Shown: positions 37,201-46,475 of the stretch, one piece after another | Layout: each line of letters starts with the position of its first letter | How positions within the stretch are numbered: the first letter of the stretch is position 1 | Origin: a virus | Lineage: Duplodnaviria; Caudoviricetes | Length of the DNA stretch: 57,828 nt | Virus record (IMG/VR): IMGVR_UViG_3300049795_000023 | Coordinates: 1 to 57,828 of that record | Direction: 5' to 3' (one strand) | Notes under the pieces: model-generated | Told to the model about the DNA's origin: nothing | Database searches by the model: none | What the model saw: only the letters and a program-made list of their open reading frames with translations | Program-made: the position numbers and the translations under genes

Positions 37201-38840
37201 GCAGCTGTAAATTTAACAAACTCGCCGGATATCCCACTAACCTCAAGGCCAGCTGCTTTAGCCGTCGCGTTAAGAAATTTGATTTGCGAAGCCGCAGTGC
37301 CTGCATCCTTGTAAATCGCATTTAAGCCGCGCGACAGATTCTCAGCCTGAATGTTGGCTTTCAGGAATTGCTGGCCAAGCTCCTGGATCGCCTGGACCAG
37401 GACGAAGCCTGCGGCAAACTGCCCGAACGTGCTTTTCATCAGGCCGGCTGCGCGGTCCATCAGCGTCAGCTGACCGGTTGCTTCGCGCAGCTGCAGCTCA
37501 AGCTGCTGGATCTTCCTGTTACCGTCGTCAAACGCCTGGGTAAGCTGCTTACCTGTCAATTCGCTGTTGGTTCGCAGAAACTGCATTGCCTCGCGAACGA
37601 GGGCGATTTCAGAACGCAGATCATTCGCCGCCTTCACCCCCGTCCTGGAAAACGCGTCCTGCAGCCTGTCGGCCAGGGTTTGCGCTTCCGCTCGCGCCTT
37701 CTTGATGTTGTCGGTGATTTGATCGAGTGCGTAGACCTGCTTCTGCGCTGCGGCCGCAGCCTGGTCCGCGGACAGCTTCTCTGCAGCACCGGCGCGCTGC
37801 GCGGCACTGATCCGCGCATCAGCTGCCGCCTTCGCCATGGCCACAGCTTTCGCATTTGCCGTTGCGACATAGTTGGCCAACGCCGTACGCTGTCCTAGTT
37901 CTTGCTCTGTGGCCAGCTTTTCGGCAAGCGCACGTTGCTCGATGATTTCCTGCAGCACACGCTCATTTGCCACTTCGTCATTTGTGGCTTTTGTGCGGGC
38001 TTCCGCCGCAGCCCTGGCCTGAGCCACTGCACGCTCATTGGCTGCGGCAACTTTCTCGGCCAGGGTTTGCGCCTGCGTCTGCGCGGCAATGAAACCGTTC
38101 ACAGCCTCGCGCGCATCATCCAGGGATGCGGCGACATGCTGTTCAGCCTGCGCAAGCGTGTTGGCTTCAACGCCCAGTTGCGCCATCGTGGCCTTAGCGC
38201 CATCGAGCGCGGTCTTCTGCGTAGTCAGGTTGCTGCTGAACTGCGAAGCCTTGGCATTGGCGTCGTTGTATGCGCCGGCCGCATCCTTTAGCTTTGCATT
38301 CGACTCAGCGAGCGCCGCGTTTGCAGCCTTGCTGGCGCGGACTTGCTCATCCCGCAGATTGCGCTCATTGGCAATCTTTGCGTTTAGTTCGTCTAATTTG
38401 TCGTTATAGGCCTGCGTTCCCTTCGTCAAGCCAGCTTGTTCTGATTTAAGCAAGCGCAGCTGCGCTTGTGTTTTGTCGATTGATTCCTTAGTTTCATTTA
38501 AGGCGTTCTTCGCCTTCTTCTGAGATTCGGCAAACTGATTTGTCTCATCGGCTTGCTTGTCGTAAGCAGCCTTCAGCTCAGCGACGACGGCTGCCTGCGA
38601 TTGGAGCGCTGCGGTAGCTTGCGTGACCTCACCGTCAAGCTCTTTGAATGTCTGCAATGCTCCTGACTGTTTTCCTAGATCCCGCAAGGACTCGGACAGC
38701 TGCAGGATTTCAGGCGATGCGGCGCCGCCTTCTTTTGCTAATGCGTGCAATGCATCTGCAATTACCTTGACTTGCTCGCCACCGGAAGCGGCAATCTTCA
38801 AATTTAGAGCTACGTCTTTGACATTGTCTGATGTTGCCAT
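34269..38840 (-). CDS. tail tape measure protein
   Basis: 1523 aa Ala-rich helical; QIASKGTVQLEELKNQLGDALPGA tape-measure motif. Confidence 0.93.
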   Translation of the reverse strand: MATSDNVKDVALNLKIAASGGEQVKVIADALHALAKEGGAASPEILQLSESLRDLGKQSGALQTFKELDGEVTQATAALQSQAAVVAELKAAYDKQADETNQFAESQKKAKNALNETKESIDKTQAQLRLLKSEQAGLTKGTQAYNDKLDELNAKIANERNLRDEQVRASKAANAALAESNAKLKDAAGAYNDANAKASQFSSNLTTQKTALDGAKATMAQLGVEANTLAQAEQHVAASLDDAREAVNGFIAAQTQAQTLAEKVAAANERAVAQARAAAEARTKATNDEVANERVLQEIIEQRALAEKLATEQELGQRTALANYVATANAKAVAMAKAAADARISAAQRAGAAEKLSADQAAAAAQKQVYALDQITDNIKKARAEAQTLADRLQDAFSRTGVKAANDLRSEIALVREAMQFLRTNSELTGKQLTQAFDDGNRKIQQLELQLREATGQLTLMDRAAGLMKSTFGQFAAGFVLVQAIQELGQQFLKANIQAENLSRGLNAIYKDAGTAASQIKFLNATAKAAGLEVSGISGEFVKFTAAMHTSGYGLQLTNDLFKGVANEASRLGLSTDKVSNILNAFGQIASKGTVQLEELKNQLGDALPGALKRAADALGITLQDLLKLTSEGKLLASDLLPAMANAFDKTGEAASTMSQIWANLKNSIADVSTQVADTGAWDTLKVVLLGVSQILSTIGFVIGSTFDGLTTRIRQAATLIAGMIDLNLREALKQANDIEADYTKRSEARWNKLGEATSRNVDSYNAITLASGETGKSLESLGTAAAKTTTTLVKSGAAAESAGEAHAGAVDGVKANAAAHTSAAGAATSNATAQTKVGAATESAGTQASGAGNKWIQLGLAYDKANVILDAQVKTAELHTEAVKQQVKSIEELNKVSTNQESILQGLTEASRLTMAAEADLAATRQKQVDSMISERNQMQFLIISMGDVNGERTKAVAKLDLQIAKTEELVAKDKASAESARLEMEARKLAAEVYRDNASRLDEFKAAGDKARITISELTKLLVAGRISQEDYAKGVAAASRALILEQDAYKDAIAAISRKTEIEVASNKVSTATVDISIAKAKTSEAIAKATGNEVDALSSAITIRQLEQKIQLESIASKDRQIAQYVEQTEKTRAEYEATGPLTQAKQDELKLRELNADAMRLENGQRREGIKGIDAEIDALRRKQLIASSAPGSAGNNFSKLDGITEQNAKVRSTVGGATYDKQGFATDSNGQRITAGSQLQPPDSSGDWEFVSDAANSRSTAKSNYNVPGVGYWLRKSGGSVGGGRSAGDTSNTGGLGSVFGSGGAGVRPSTPPASPAPPPPTDPYEVLGLDSPSTIDSNANAARTAFTSILNSSASMAIKQAAFAKYAQLVFAANNGQPTSELRSFASQLGLTLDVDNGELKFKTQTGDKVHIGHDSTGSATDTGAVADTGATSGAALGGSTVDTGGAGATSGSAATGGATVGGSSAGARAAALSYSTTIVIDGQSSRINVASLADLRALESTVRNIANAASRAGAS

Positions 38841-38862
38841 TTAGAACCTCGACCGCCTGAAT

Positions 38863-38896
38863 GAAAAACGGGATCAGAGTTGCCGCTGATCCCGTG
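38863..38896 (-). terminator. terminator after major tail gene
   Basis: Minus strand ACGGGATCAG...CTGATCCCGT then TTTT. Confidence 0.7.
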
Positions 38897-38936
38897 AAAG
38901 CAGGGGATCACCCCGCTTGTATCGAAGCTACCTTGA

Positions 38937-39713
38937 TCAAGTAGTCCGAAGCACGACTTCAAACGGGTTGTCCTTGCCCACAGGGGTCTTCATGTCGCCG
39001 TTCAACGTGACCTTGTTGAAATCGTCGGCCAGGAAGTCAAAAGCCCCGGACGATGTCAGGATCGCTTCCCACACGTTGACCGTCACCGGTAGCTGATCGA
39101 CTTGGTTGATGCCATCGAAATAGAAGGCTGCCCGGACCTGCGCGTTCGTCGAGCCCTTGATCTTGACCCCGCTCGACACGGCATAGGTGTAGCTGGCGTG
39201 CAGCGTGATCGGCGAGCCGCCTGGCACTACATCGCCGCCGGGCAGCAGCTTGATCCAGCCAAGTTCAGCATTCACCTGGTAGTCTTCACCCTCGACGTAG
39301 GTTGTCGCGTTCGTGACATCCTTGATAACGACCGACGTGGTCTTGAAGTGAGCGAGTGGATACCACGAGTCGACGCTTGCATTGGCCGGAATCGTGACAC
39401 TCTCTGGCGAGCCTGAAGACACCGTGCCGGCCGACTGCGTTTCGGCTGCTTCCGTGCCGAGGAACGCGAGTACCAATGCTTCCTTGTCGATACGGACAAA
39501 TTCGCAGGAGAAAGTTGGCGGCTGAGCAATAGCCACCGCTTCGACCGTCTGCCCGTAAGTCGTCTTGCCCTTGGATGACAGACGCTTCAAATCTGACGAC
39601 GTTGTCAGCTCGAACTTGTTGGCCAGGTAGGGCCCCTTCATAGACTGCTGGACAGAGCCAACATATCGCGCGACGTAAAGATCACCTGCGCCTATAAAAC
39701 CTTGTGCAGCCAT
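38937..39713 (-). CDS. major tail (tube) protein
   Basis: FIGAGDLY start, YVEGEDY.V....G.I, FDFLADDF; position. Confidence 0.8.
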   Translation of the reverse strand: MAAQGFIGAGDLYVARYVGSVQQSMKGPYLANKFELTTSSDLKRLSSKGKTTYGQTVEAVAIAQPPTFSCEFVRIDKEALVLAFLGTEAAETQSAGTVSSGSPESVTIPANASVDSWYPLAHFKTTSVVIKDVTNATTYVEGEDYQVNAELGWIKLLPGGDVVPGGSPITLHASYTYAVSSGVKIKGSTNAQVRAAFYFDGINQVDQLPVTVNVWEAILTSSGAFDFLADDFNKVTLNGDMKTPVGKDNPFEVVLRTT

Positions 39714-39741
39714 TGCTATTGCTCCAATTTAAGATTGCCAA

Positions 39742-40191
39742 TTAAGGCGCCGAGAGAGTTTCAGTGTATTCGACACTGAAAAGCACAATTGCAGAAACGA
39801 CCGTGCTGCCGTCTAGCCGGACACCGATTGAGCGGCCGCGGTATGTGAGATTCCTGAAGTTCTTCGGGAATGTTAGATCCCTAAGGAAGATCGCCCGTTT
39901 GATATCTGAAATTATCTTGTGCGCGGTGTCGTTCGGGTTGTTGATGTCTTCGGCTTCCATGAAGCCTTCGACGCCGTAATACTGTTCAATGATCACCTCA
40001 TATTCGCGCTTTGTCTGGTCCTTCGGCTTGTCTTCGCCCTCGAAGATGACGCAGCACGGTATGGCGTCCAGCGCCACATCACGCCGGCCGCGCATCACGT
40101 TCGCGCCAATCGACGTTTCATACGAGCCGCCACCATTGATTGCGCTCAGGCGTTCGGTGAAGAACTCGGCCAGGGCTGACGCTGTGCTCAT
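39742..40191 (-). CDS. tail terminator-like protein
   Basis: 149 aa between gpZ-like and tube genes. Confidence 0.65.
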   Translation of the reverse strand: MSTASALAEFFTERLSAINGGGSYETSIGANVMRGRRDVALDAIPCCVIFEGEDKPKDQTKREYEVIIEQYYGVEGFMEAEDINNPNDTAHKIISDIKRAIFLRDLTFPKNFRNLTYRGRSIGVRLDGSTVVSAIVLFSVEYTETLSAP

Positions 40192-40889
40192 TTCAAAACC
40201 CGATCGACTTCAGAATTCAGATCAGCTGCAAATTTGGAATCTAGTTCCAACAGCGCACGCGCGGCCAGGACGCCAAGATTGTGGCGGAACAGCTGCAGCA
40301 CGGACGGGCCGTACAGCGCCGCGCCGAGACGCCCCTTGCCTTTGACGCTTCGATTGATCTTCACGGGCAGCAGGCGGCCCCGTACCGGAATCAGCGTTGC
40401 GTAGGTATTGGCAGTGGGGAAGCTGGTCCGCACTCCGCGCTTCACCGATGCGCTGAAGCCTGCGAACTTCTCACCGGCAGGAATTCCGCGTTTGGAGTCG
40501 CCCTTGCGTAAGGTCCAGAGCGGCCATGGGCCAATGGGCACTCCGAGTGCCGCGATGCGCTCATTGCTCCAGTTGACCGGCCGGGTTTCGACCTTGACGC
40601 CGTAGCTGGCCAGGGTGGTCCCGCGCGAGTCGTGCTTAGCCGCGACGATGGAACCTTGTGGGCGGGCCGAATCATTCGCGGAATTAATACGAAGGCGCTG
40701 GCGCACATCGGCCTCGCTCATATTAATTCCGCCAATCATCAGGTCGATTGCCTGGGGGTATATGCTTTCCAAAGTACTGTTGATGGACTTTAGCGCTGTC
40801 TGCGCGACGACTTCGCCGGTGAGCTTGCGCACTGCAGCTGCCGCCAATTCCAGCGCTTTGAAATTGCTTTCGACTGAAATTGACGGCAT
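40188..40889 (-). CDS. minor tail/neck protein, gpZ-like
   Basis: Basic protein with LYGPSV.QLF motif. Confidence 0.7.
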   Translation of the reverse strand: MPSISVESNFKALELAAAAVRKLTGEVVAQTALKSINSTLESIYPQAIDLMIGGINMSEADVRQRLRINSANDSARPQGSIVAAKHDSRGTTLASYGVKVETRPVNWSNERIAALGVPIGPWPLWTLRKGDSKRGIPAGEKFAGFSASVKRGVRTSFPTANTYATLIPVRGRLLPVKINRSVKGKGRLGAALYGPSVLQLFRHNLGVLAARALLELDSKFAADLNSEVDRVLK

Positions 40890-40890
40890 G

Positions 40891-41208
40891 TCAGGCTTTC
40901 ACCAATACCCAGTGCTGAGAGAATCCGCTGTCGCTCACTTTGGCGTCTAGCGTGTAGCTGGTACCGCCAGTGAGAACGTCGTCGACCAGCGCGCCGCCGA
41001 TCACGAGCGCATCGCCGTCCTGTGGCGCATCGGTAGCGTTGATCACGACTTCGGTTCGCAGGCCAACGACCTGGCCATACTCGCCGATGATCTCGACGCC
41101 CTCGATCACGTGCGCAGTGATTTCCTCGCCGCGCAGAAAAACGCCATGGCCGGCGGACCGGCCCAGGACAGTTTTCGTTGCACCGGCGAGAATGCTGGCC
41201 CAGGACAT
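40891..41208 (-). CDS. head-tail joining protein (gpFII-like)
   Basis: 105 aa directly after the capsid gene. Confidence 0.65.
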   Translation of the reverse strand: MSWASILAGATKTVLGRSAGHGVFLRGEEITAHVIEGVEIIGEYGQVVGLRTEVVINATDAPQDGDALVIGGALVDDVLTGGTSYTLDAKVSDSGFSQHWVLVKA

Positions 41209-41210
41209 GA

Positions 41211-42224
41211 TCAGGTCAGCGTCAATTTCACAACCGCATCAGGCTGTGTGTTGACGATCAGCGGATTGGATTGCGACTCGATTTCGACGCCCTTGTCGAA
41301 ACGCTCGCGTTCCATCTTCGCGTAGTACGGCAGCCCCATGGTGTTGACCGTTTCCATGTAGTCGGCCGGCGCGAACTTCGAGATGAACAGACCCGGGACG
41401 CCTTCCGGCACCAGGTAGGCGCAGTTCGTTTCGATCATCGCAGTGCCGTTGATGTTGCCGCGGTACTCCTCCCACCAGATATCCCCGTAGTAGAAGCCGC
41501 CCGGCCCTTTCTGGCTGGCCCCAAGATCCGTGCGCAGCCAGGCACCACCCTGGAATTGCTCGTAGGTCTTCTTGACATCGGCATTGCCGATAAATGCGTC
41601 GAAGAAGCCGGACGAACAGATTGCCCTCAGGCTGGTATACGGCTTGGCACCTAGCTTGGCTTCGACCAGGCGCCGCGCCGCAGTACACATGCTGCGCACG
41701 TCGGTCGTGGTCTGGTCCAGCTCCATCGAAAAGACTTGCTGGGTGTAGCCGAACAGCGTGAAGAAGTCCCACAGAACATCCGTGCCGTTGGCATCGTAGA
41801 CGATGCCCTTCATCGCGCCAACGCGCTGGACTTCCAACGTGATGTCAAGATCTTGGCGCAGGACATTCAGCTTTTCCTGCACCAGACTTTGTGCAGTCAT
41901 CAGCTCGTTCATCGTGCCGAATGCGCGCACGTTCTGCACTTCGTCTGCGTTGACGTGCGCACGCTGCGGCAAGTGCACCGCCGCGATCGGAAACATTGTT
42001 CCCTTGGTGACGCTCTTGGGCGTGGCCGGCGCGCCGCGAGGCATTGACGGGACCAGCGCAAGCGTCATGCCCTTGCGCTCAATCATGGTCGTTGTCGTGG
42101 TCATGCCGCTCGACTGGAACCAGCCGAGTTGAGCCAGGCGCGACGGGATGTAGGGGGCGTCGTTGATCGCAGCGGTGAGGCCGGACAGCGCGAACGCGTC
42201 GTTATTGAAAATGTCGAAATTCAC
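41211..42224 (-). CDS. major capsid protein, lambda gpE family
   Basis: DAFALSGLTAAIN, ADEVQNVRAFG, FAPADYMETVNT.GLPYYA, QSNPL. Confidence 0.93.
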   Translation of the reverse strand: MNFDIFNNDAFALSGLTAAINDAPYIPSRLAQLGWFQSSGMTTTTTMIERKGMTLALVPSMPRGAPATPKSVTKGTMFPIAAVHLPQRAHVNADEVQNVRAFGTMNELMTAQSLVQEKLNVLRQDLDITLEVQRVGAMKGIVYDANGTDVLWDFFTLFGYTQQVFSMELDQTTTDVRSMCTAARRLVEAKLGAKPYTSLRAICSSGFFDAFIGNADVKKTYEQFQGGAWLRTDLGASQKGPGGFYYGDIWWEEYRGNINGTAMIETNCAYLVPEGVPGLFISKFAPADYMETVNTMGLPYYAKMERERFDKGVEIESQSNPLIVNTQPDAVVKLTLT

Positions 42225-42261
42225 GGCGTTGTGCTCCTGATTTGGTTGAATGCCGCGACGA

Positions 42262-42609
42262 TCACGGACGGCAGATGATGCCCAGAGCCAGCAAGTCGGC
42301 TCGACCGTTAGCGTCCAAACCAGTGAGCAGCGAAGTCATTACCTCGCAGTCCCGGGCCAGGTAGGTGACGGCCTGGTCAGAAGCCGAATCCGGCGCCCGG
42401 CCGTAGAGGATGCCGATCGCAACCCCCGTGCCGTCGACGGCCGCATCGCTGTACGCCAGCAACTTGCCGCCGCTGGTTAGCTTGCCCAGGACTGTGCCTG
42501 GTACCAGCGCGGCCGCAGCCGCCGCCAGCGTACCCTTCTCGCGCGAGCGCTGGCCGCGAGCTTCGGACAAAATGAATTCTCCGACGCGCTTACCTTCTGT
42601 GAGTGACAT
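42262..42609 (-). CDS. head decoration protein (gpD-like)
   Basis: EFILSEA.G.RSRE, GTVLG, DGT..A.GIL, L.ALGII. Confidence 0.88.
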   Translation of the reverse strand: MSLTEGKRVGEFILSEARGQRSREKGTLAAAAAALVPGTVLGKLTSGGKLLAYSDAAVDGTGVAIGILYGRAPDSASDQAVTYLARDCEVMTSLLTGLDANGRADLLALGIICRP

Positions 42610-42647
42610 TTCGTGTTTACTCCGGTTTGGTTTTCAATACTGTCGGC

Positions 42648-43691
42648 TTAAGTCTTCGTCGCCGAGCGGTTGCCGTTGAAGTTGTCGTAGATCTTGCGCA
42701 GGTCGACATTTGCCCAGCCGCCCCCGCTCGAACGCTGCTGCTTGCCGGCGGCCTGCGCCTGCAGATTGGTTTGCTGCGACGTGTCGGTGTCCTCGTCGGC
42801 CTTCGCCAGCGCTGCCTTGATGTCGGCCTTCACATCAGCGACAGCCTTTCCCGAGCGGATGTAGGCGCTGGCCTTGTCGGGCATCTTGGCCAGGGTACAG
42901 AAAGCCTTGATTTCCTTCGCGCTGTTGATCGCCGTTTTGGCTTCGTCCACGGTCGCGCAATTCATGGCGATGAACGGGGCGTATTCCTCGACGCCGGCAG
43001 CTTTTGCGATGGCGGACACTTCTTCAGCGAATGCAGTCACGGTCTTAACTCCTTCGGGGGTTGGTTCGGCAGGCTTTGCCGCGGATGCCTTGAACATCTG
43101 CCGGACCTTGTCCGGCAGGTTGTCGAGCGCAAAGCAGGCCGTCACCTTGGCTTCGTCGGTGACCTTCGTCGCGAAGCCGAGATTCAGCGCTTCGGCTGCG
43201 GTCATGTAGGTTTCGGCGCTCATCAGCTTTTTCACATCGGCTTCGGATTTGCCGGTGCGCGCCATGTAGGTTGCGGTGATTGATGCGTCCATCTTCTTCA
43301 GGACTTCGATCACATCGGCCAACTCTGCGGCATTTCCGAAAACGCCAGCTGACGCGTTGTGAATCATCATCATCGAATTGACCGGCATCGAAATCGTCTT
43401 GCCGACCATGGCGATAACTGAGGCCATTGACGCGGCGATGCCCATCACCGTTACGTCAATTTCCAGGCCCGAATGCTTGAGTGCGTTGAAGATGGCAAAC
43501 CCATCAAAGACTGAGCCGCCTGGCGAATTGAGCATCAGCCTTGCCTTCTTGGCAGCGCCCTTCTTCGCTTCGAGTTCCGTGATGAAGTCTTTTGCTGTGA
43601 CGCCCCAGAAGCCAATTTCATCGTAAATGGCTAGATCAACGATCGGTTCGTCATTGACCTTCTTCGCTTCGATCGTGTACCAAGAGGACAT
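42648..43691 (-). CDS. ClpP-like prohead protease with scaffold-like C-terminus
   Basis: IYDEIG, NSPGGSV, AASMASVI, MMIHN, ETYMTA.EA. Confidence 0.92.
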   Translation of the reverse strand: MSSWYTIEAKKVNDEPIVDLAIYDEIGFWGVTAKDFITELEAKKGAAKKARLMLNSPGGSVFDGFAIFNALKHSGLEIDVTVMGIAASMASVIAMVGKTISMPVNSMMMIHNASAGVFGNAAELADVIEVLKKMDASITATYMARTGKSEADVKKLMSAETYMTAAEALNLGFATKVTDEAKVTACFALDNLPDKVRQMFKASAAKPAEPTPEGVKTVTAFAEEVSAIAKAAGVEEYAPFIAMNCATVDEAKTAINSAKEIKAFCTLAKMPDKASAYIRSGKAVADVKADIKAALAKADEDTDTSQQTNLQAQAAGKQQRSSGGGWANVDLRKIYDNFNGNRSATKT

Positions 43692-43716
43692 GAGAAGTTA
43701 CCTCGATTTAGTTGAA

Positions 43717-43756
43717 AGTTTAGACCGGTGATTACTGGAATTGCGGTCAGTTACTA
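43717..43756 (-). promoter_or_regulatory. putative activator-dependent late promoter
   Basis: TAGTAACTGACCGC-N20-TAAACT; same geometry as 51269-51308. Confidence 0.7.
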
Positions 43757-44215
43757 GCCTACATGTTTTCCTTCATCCTGAATGTCTCCAAAGTCTGTAG
43801 GTATGCCTGCGTCGTTAAGCGTTCTTTCGATTAGGTTTTGTCGAGAATTCATCATCGCCAGTCTTTTCAATGTATGAATTTCACGTTCTGTGCAGTCCCG
43901 TTGCTGCTGTTCAACGCGTTTTAGTTGCTCTCGCAGGAACTCGCGCATTTCGTCTTGAGCGCCATCCAGCTTGTGCTGCAAACGCAAATACAGTCGCGTT
44001 CCTACGCCACCGATTACCGCCAGCGCGATGGCCAGCACCAGGCCGAACATGGCCAGGGTATTGCCCATAAGACTTGGGATCGCCGTATCCAGGTGCTGGT
44101 ATACGTATAGAAGACTCAAGCTGGCCAGCCCAGCTGCGATGCCGATCAAGACTCTTGACCAGGTCAATTGTTTGAGAATTGCCCATCCACGATCTGTATC
44201 CATGTCCATGCTCAT
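43754..44215 (-). CDS. two-TM membrane protein with coiled-coil tail, holin candidate
   Basis: Two hydrophobic helices plus charged C-terminus; several in-frame Met at the start. Confidence 0.5.
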   Translation of the reverse strand: MSMDMDTDRGWAILKQLTWSRVLIGIAAGLASLSLLYVYQHLDTAIPSLMGNTLAMFGLVLAIALAVIGGVGTRLYLRLQHKLDGAQDEMREFLREQLKRVEQQQRDCTEREIHTLKRLAMMNSRQNLIERTLNDAGIPTDFGDIQDEGKHVG

Positions 44216-44225
44216 GATTTACCGT

Positions 44226-44420
44226 TTAGCGAAGTAGAAAAATCAAGACTTCTTCATCGTCGCGCGTCCTGCGCTGCACCCGCTGCTTTGTGCCATGACG
44301 CTGGTATGCACCGTCCGCCCCGCCACCCGCAACGCTAGCTGCGTCGTTCGGCAGAACGTCGCGAAACTGGCGCAGCGCGAATTGACGCTGCCCAAACTGC
44401 CGTTGACCGAATTGCCTCAT
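44226..44420 (-). CDS. 64-aa protein with RQF pentapeptide repeats
   Basis: ATGA-coupled; RQFGQRQFGQRQFALRQF...DDEEVLIFLLR. Confidence 0.7.
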   Translation of the reverse strand: MRQFGQRQFGQRQFALRQFRDVLPNDAASVAGGGADGAYQRHGTKQRVQRRTRDDEEVLIFLLR

Positions 44421-45688
44421 GAGCCATCGAGCGTGGCGCTTTGGCGATTACCACTGCTGTCGAAGGTTGTGAGCACCCGGTACTTCGAGCCGTCAACAGA
44501 CTTGAAGCCTTCCGTTGCGCTGCCGGCGCCCGTCGTGCGCCCGGTCGTAGCTGCAAGGATGATTCGCAAGACATCGGCAAACGCGTGTCCACCTTCGAGC
44601 GTCCGCGTCATCAGCTCGTCGACAATTTCGCCAGCTGTCGGGCAATCACCGCCACCGGCCGAAGCGCTAATTCTGAAGTCCTGACTGATATCGCGCACGA
44701 CTGCAGCGCTTATGGCAAAGCCCTGTGTGCTGTCAAAGCTGACGGCGTTATACAGCGCAAAATCCTGGCCAATGTCGATCTGGACGCCCGTTTGCAGCGC
44801 GAAGCCCTGAGCACAATCGACGCCGACCGCGTTGTAAACCGCGAAGTCCTGAGTGCAGTCGACGCTAAGCGTGGCGCGTACCGCGAAATCTTGGGCAAGG
44901 TCGACGCTTACTGAGCCGGTGGCGTCAATGTCGAAGTCTTGCGCAGCGTCGAGCGTTACGGCATTCAGCACGGCAAAGCTACCGCTCACATCTGCCGTTA
45001 CTGAAGTGTAGACCGCGAAATCCTGAGCCACGTCAACGGCTACTGCGCTAAGCACTGCAAAGCTGCCGCTCACATCAACTGTTACTGACGTGTAGACTGC
45101 AAATCCTTGCGTCACGTCGACGTTAACTGCATTTTGAACCGCGAATCCCTGCACGGCATCGACCGTCACAGCATTCTGAACAGCGAACCCCTGAACGGCA
45201 TCGACCGTCACAGCGTTCTGCGCTGCAAAGCTGCCGCTCACATCGACCGTTACTGATGTGTAGACTGCAAAGCTGCCGCTCACATCGACTGTTACTGAGT
45301 TGTAGACTGTAAAGCCCTGAACTATGTCAACGAAAATATCGCCGACGACAAATTCAACAGTCAGCGCGCCCAGATTCGTGACGATGGGGACCGCGGGGTC
45401 GTATTCCCACAGATCGCCGACAAGGTAGTAAGTGCCGTCTGCTCCGGGCGTATAAACCAGCGTCAGGTCTTCTGCGACCTCGACCGTCCCGGAACTTGGC
45501 CAGGACGTTATTTCAAATCTATATTCCTTGGCTGCATCTGCCGGCAAGGACAGGCTTGCGTAGACGAATGACGGATTGATGCCGCCGCCCCCGGCAGCTA
45601 TCGCATCACCGCGAACGCCAAAACCGTCGTAAAGAGATACGACGGTTTTGCCCGAAATCAGGCTGAGGATGTCGACGCGAAATGTCAC
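44417..45688 (-). CDS. structural protein with about 16 x 14-aa repeats
   Basis: VDxxQxFAVxxxVT repeats. Confidence 0.8.
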   Translation of the reverse strand: MTFRVDILSLISGKTVVSLYDGFGVRGDAIAAGGGGINPSFVYASLSLPADAAKEYRFEITSWPSSGTVEVAEDLTLVYTPGADGTYYLVGDLWEYDPAVPIVTNLGALTVEFVVGDIFVDIVQGFTVYNSVTVDVSGSFAVYTSVTVDVSGSFAAQNAVTVDAVQGFAVQNAVTVDAVQGFAVQNAVNVDVTQGFAVYTSVTVDVSGSFAVLSAVAVDVAQDFAVYTSVTADVSGSFAVLNAVTLDAAQDFDIDATGSVSVDLAQDFAVRATLSVDCTQDFAVYNAVGVDCAQGFALQTGVQIDIGQDFALYNAVSFDSTQGFAISAAVVRDISQDFRISASAGGGDCPTAGEIVDELMTRTLEGGHAFADVLRIILAATTGRTTGAGSATEGFKSVDGSKYRVLTTFDSSGNRQSATLDGS

Positions 45689-45996
45689 GTTGCTGTCAGC
45701 CTGAAATTACCACGCGGGCCTGACCCGAGCCGGATGAAGCCTTCGTAAGTCGTGCCGGGAACTAGCGAAGGACTGACCAGGGCCAGGTCTGCGCCGCTGT
45801 CTGTCGTGCCGGACAGCGTGAAGAGGTAGGTTGCCCCGGTCGTGTCGAAGACATGCACCACCAGAGCCTGTGAAGTCTGAGCAGTCGCGTTGTTCAGCAC
45901 GAAATCTGTAAATGTCAAAGTACCAGCCTTGCGGCTTGGCGGAAACCGCGCAACGACCCGCGCGGGCCAGTAGGGGACGCTGCGAAACAACGGCAT
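45685..45996 (-). CDS. small beta-rich hypothetical (structural) protein
   Basis: Coupled within the cluster. Confidence 0.65.
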   Translation of the reverse strand: MPLFRSVPYWPARVVARFPPSRKAGTLTFTDFVLNNATAQTSQALVVHVFDTTGATYLFTLSGTTDSGADLALVSPSLVPGTTYEGFIRLGSGPRGNFRLTAT

Positions 45997-45999
45997 GGC

Positions 46000-46464
46000 T
46001 TAACGCTCAAGCACGTAGATCGTCGCGCTGTAGGTGAGCGAATCTGACGGCGCTGTCAGCTTGCCGACGATCGTAGTGTTGCCCTGGTTCGCCTTCGGCC
46101 GGCAGATTTCAGGAAACCACTGGATATAGCCGGCGCGCACATTGAAGACGTGTTCCGTGAGCGCAACCAGTGTGCCAGAGCTGGCCTGGGTCGTATTCGC
46201 AACCTCAGCCGTAAACCCAGCGGCAGCGTCGTTCGGTTCCATCGGAATAGGCGTGGGGCCAGACCCGCCCGAACCGCTGGTGGCATTGCCGCGCCCGATG
46301 CTCAGGCGAATCTGTTCGTCCTGAGCATCGCCGCTGTCTGATGTCTGACCAATCTCGAAGCCAATGATCTCGATGGGTTTGTCGTCAGCCGGTGTCAGCT
46401 CGAACAGATCAACTGCGGCGGTGACCGCTACGGCTTGCAGGACGACGGTGTAAACGCGTGGCAT
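46000..46464 (-). CDS. beta-rich hypothetical (structural) protein
   Basis: GAAGGGG RBS before ATG 46464. Confidence 0.7.
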   Translation of the reverse strand: MPRVYTVVLQAVAVTAAVDLFELTPADDKPIEIIGFEIGQTSDSGDAQDEQIRLSIGRGNATSGSGGSGPTPIPMEPNDAAAGFTAEVANTTQASSGTLVALTEHVFNVRAGYIQWFPEICRPKANQGNTTIVGKLTAPSDSLTYSATIYVLER

Positions 46465-46475
46465 GAAATACCCCT

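Noticed and set aside
44660-45331. Repeat region as a DGR template/variable repeat pair
   Set aside because: No reverse transcriptase and differences are not adenine-specific; these are in-frame protein repeats
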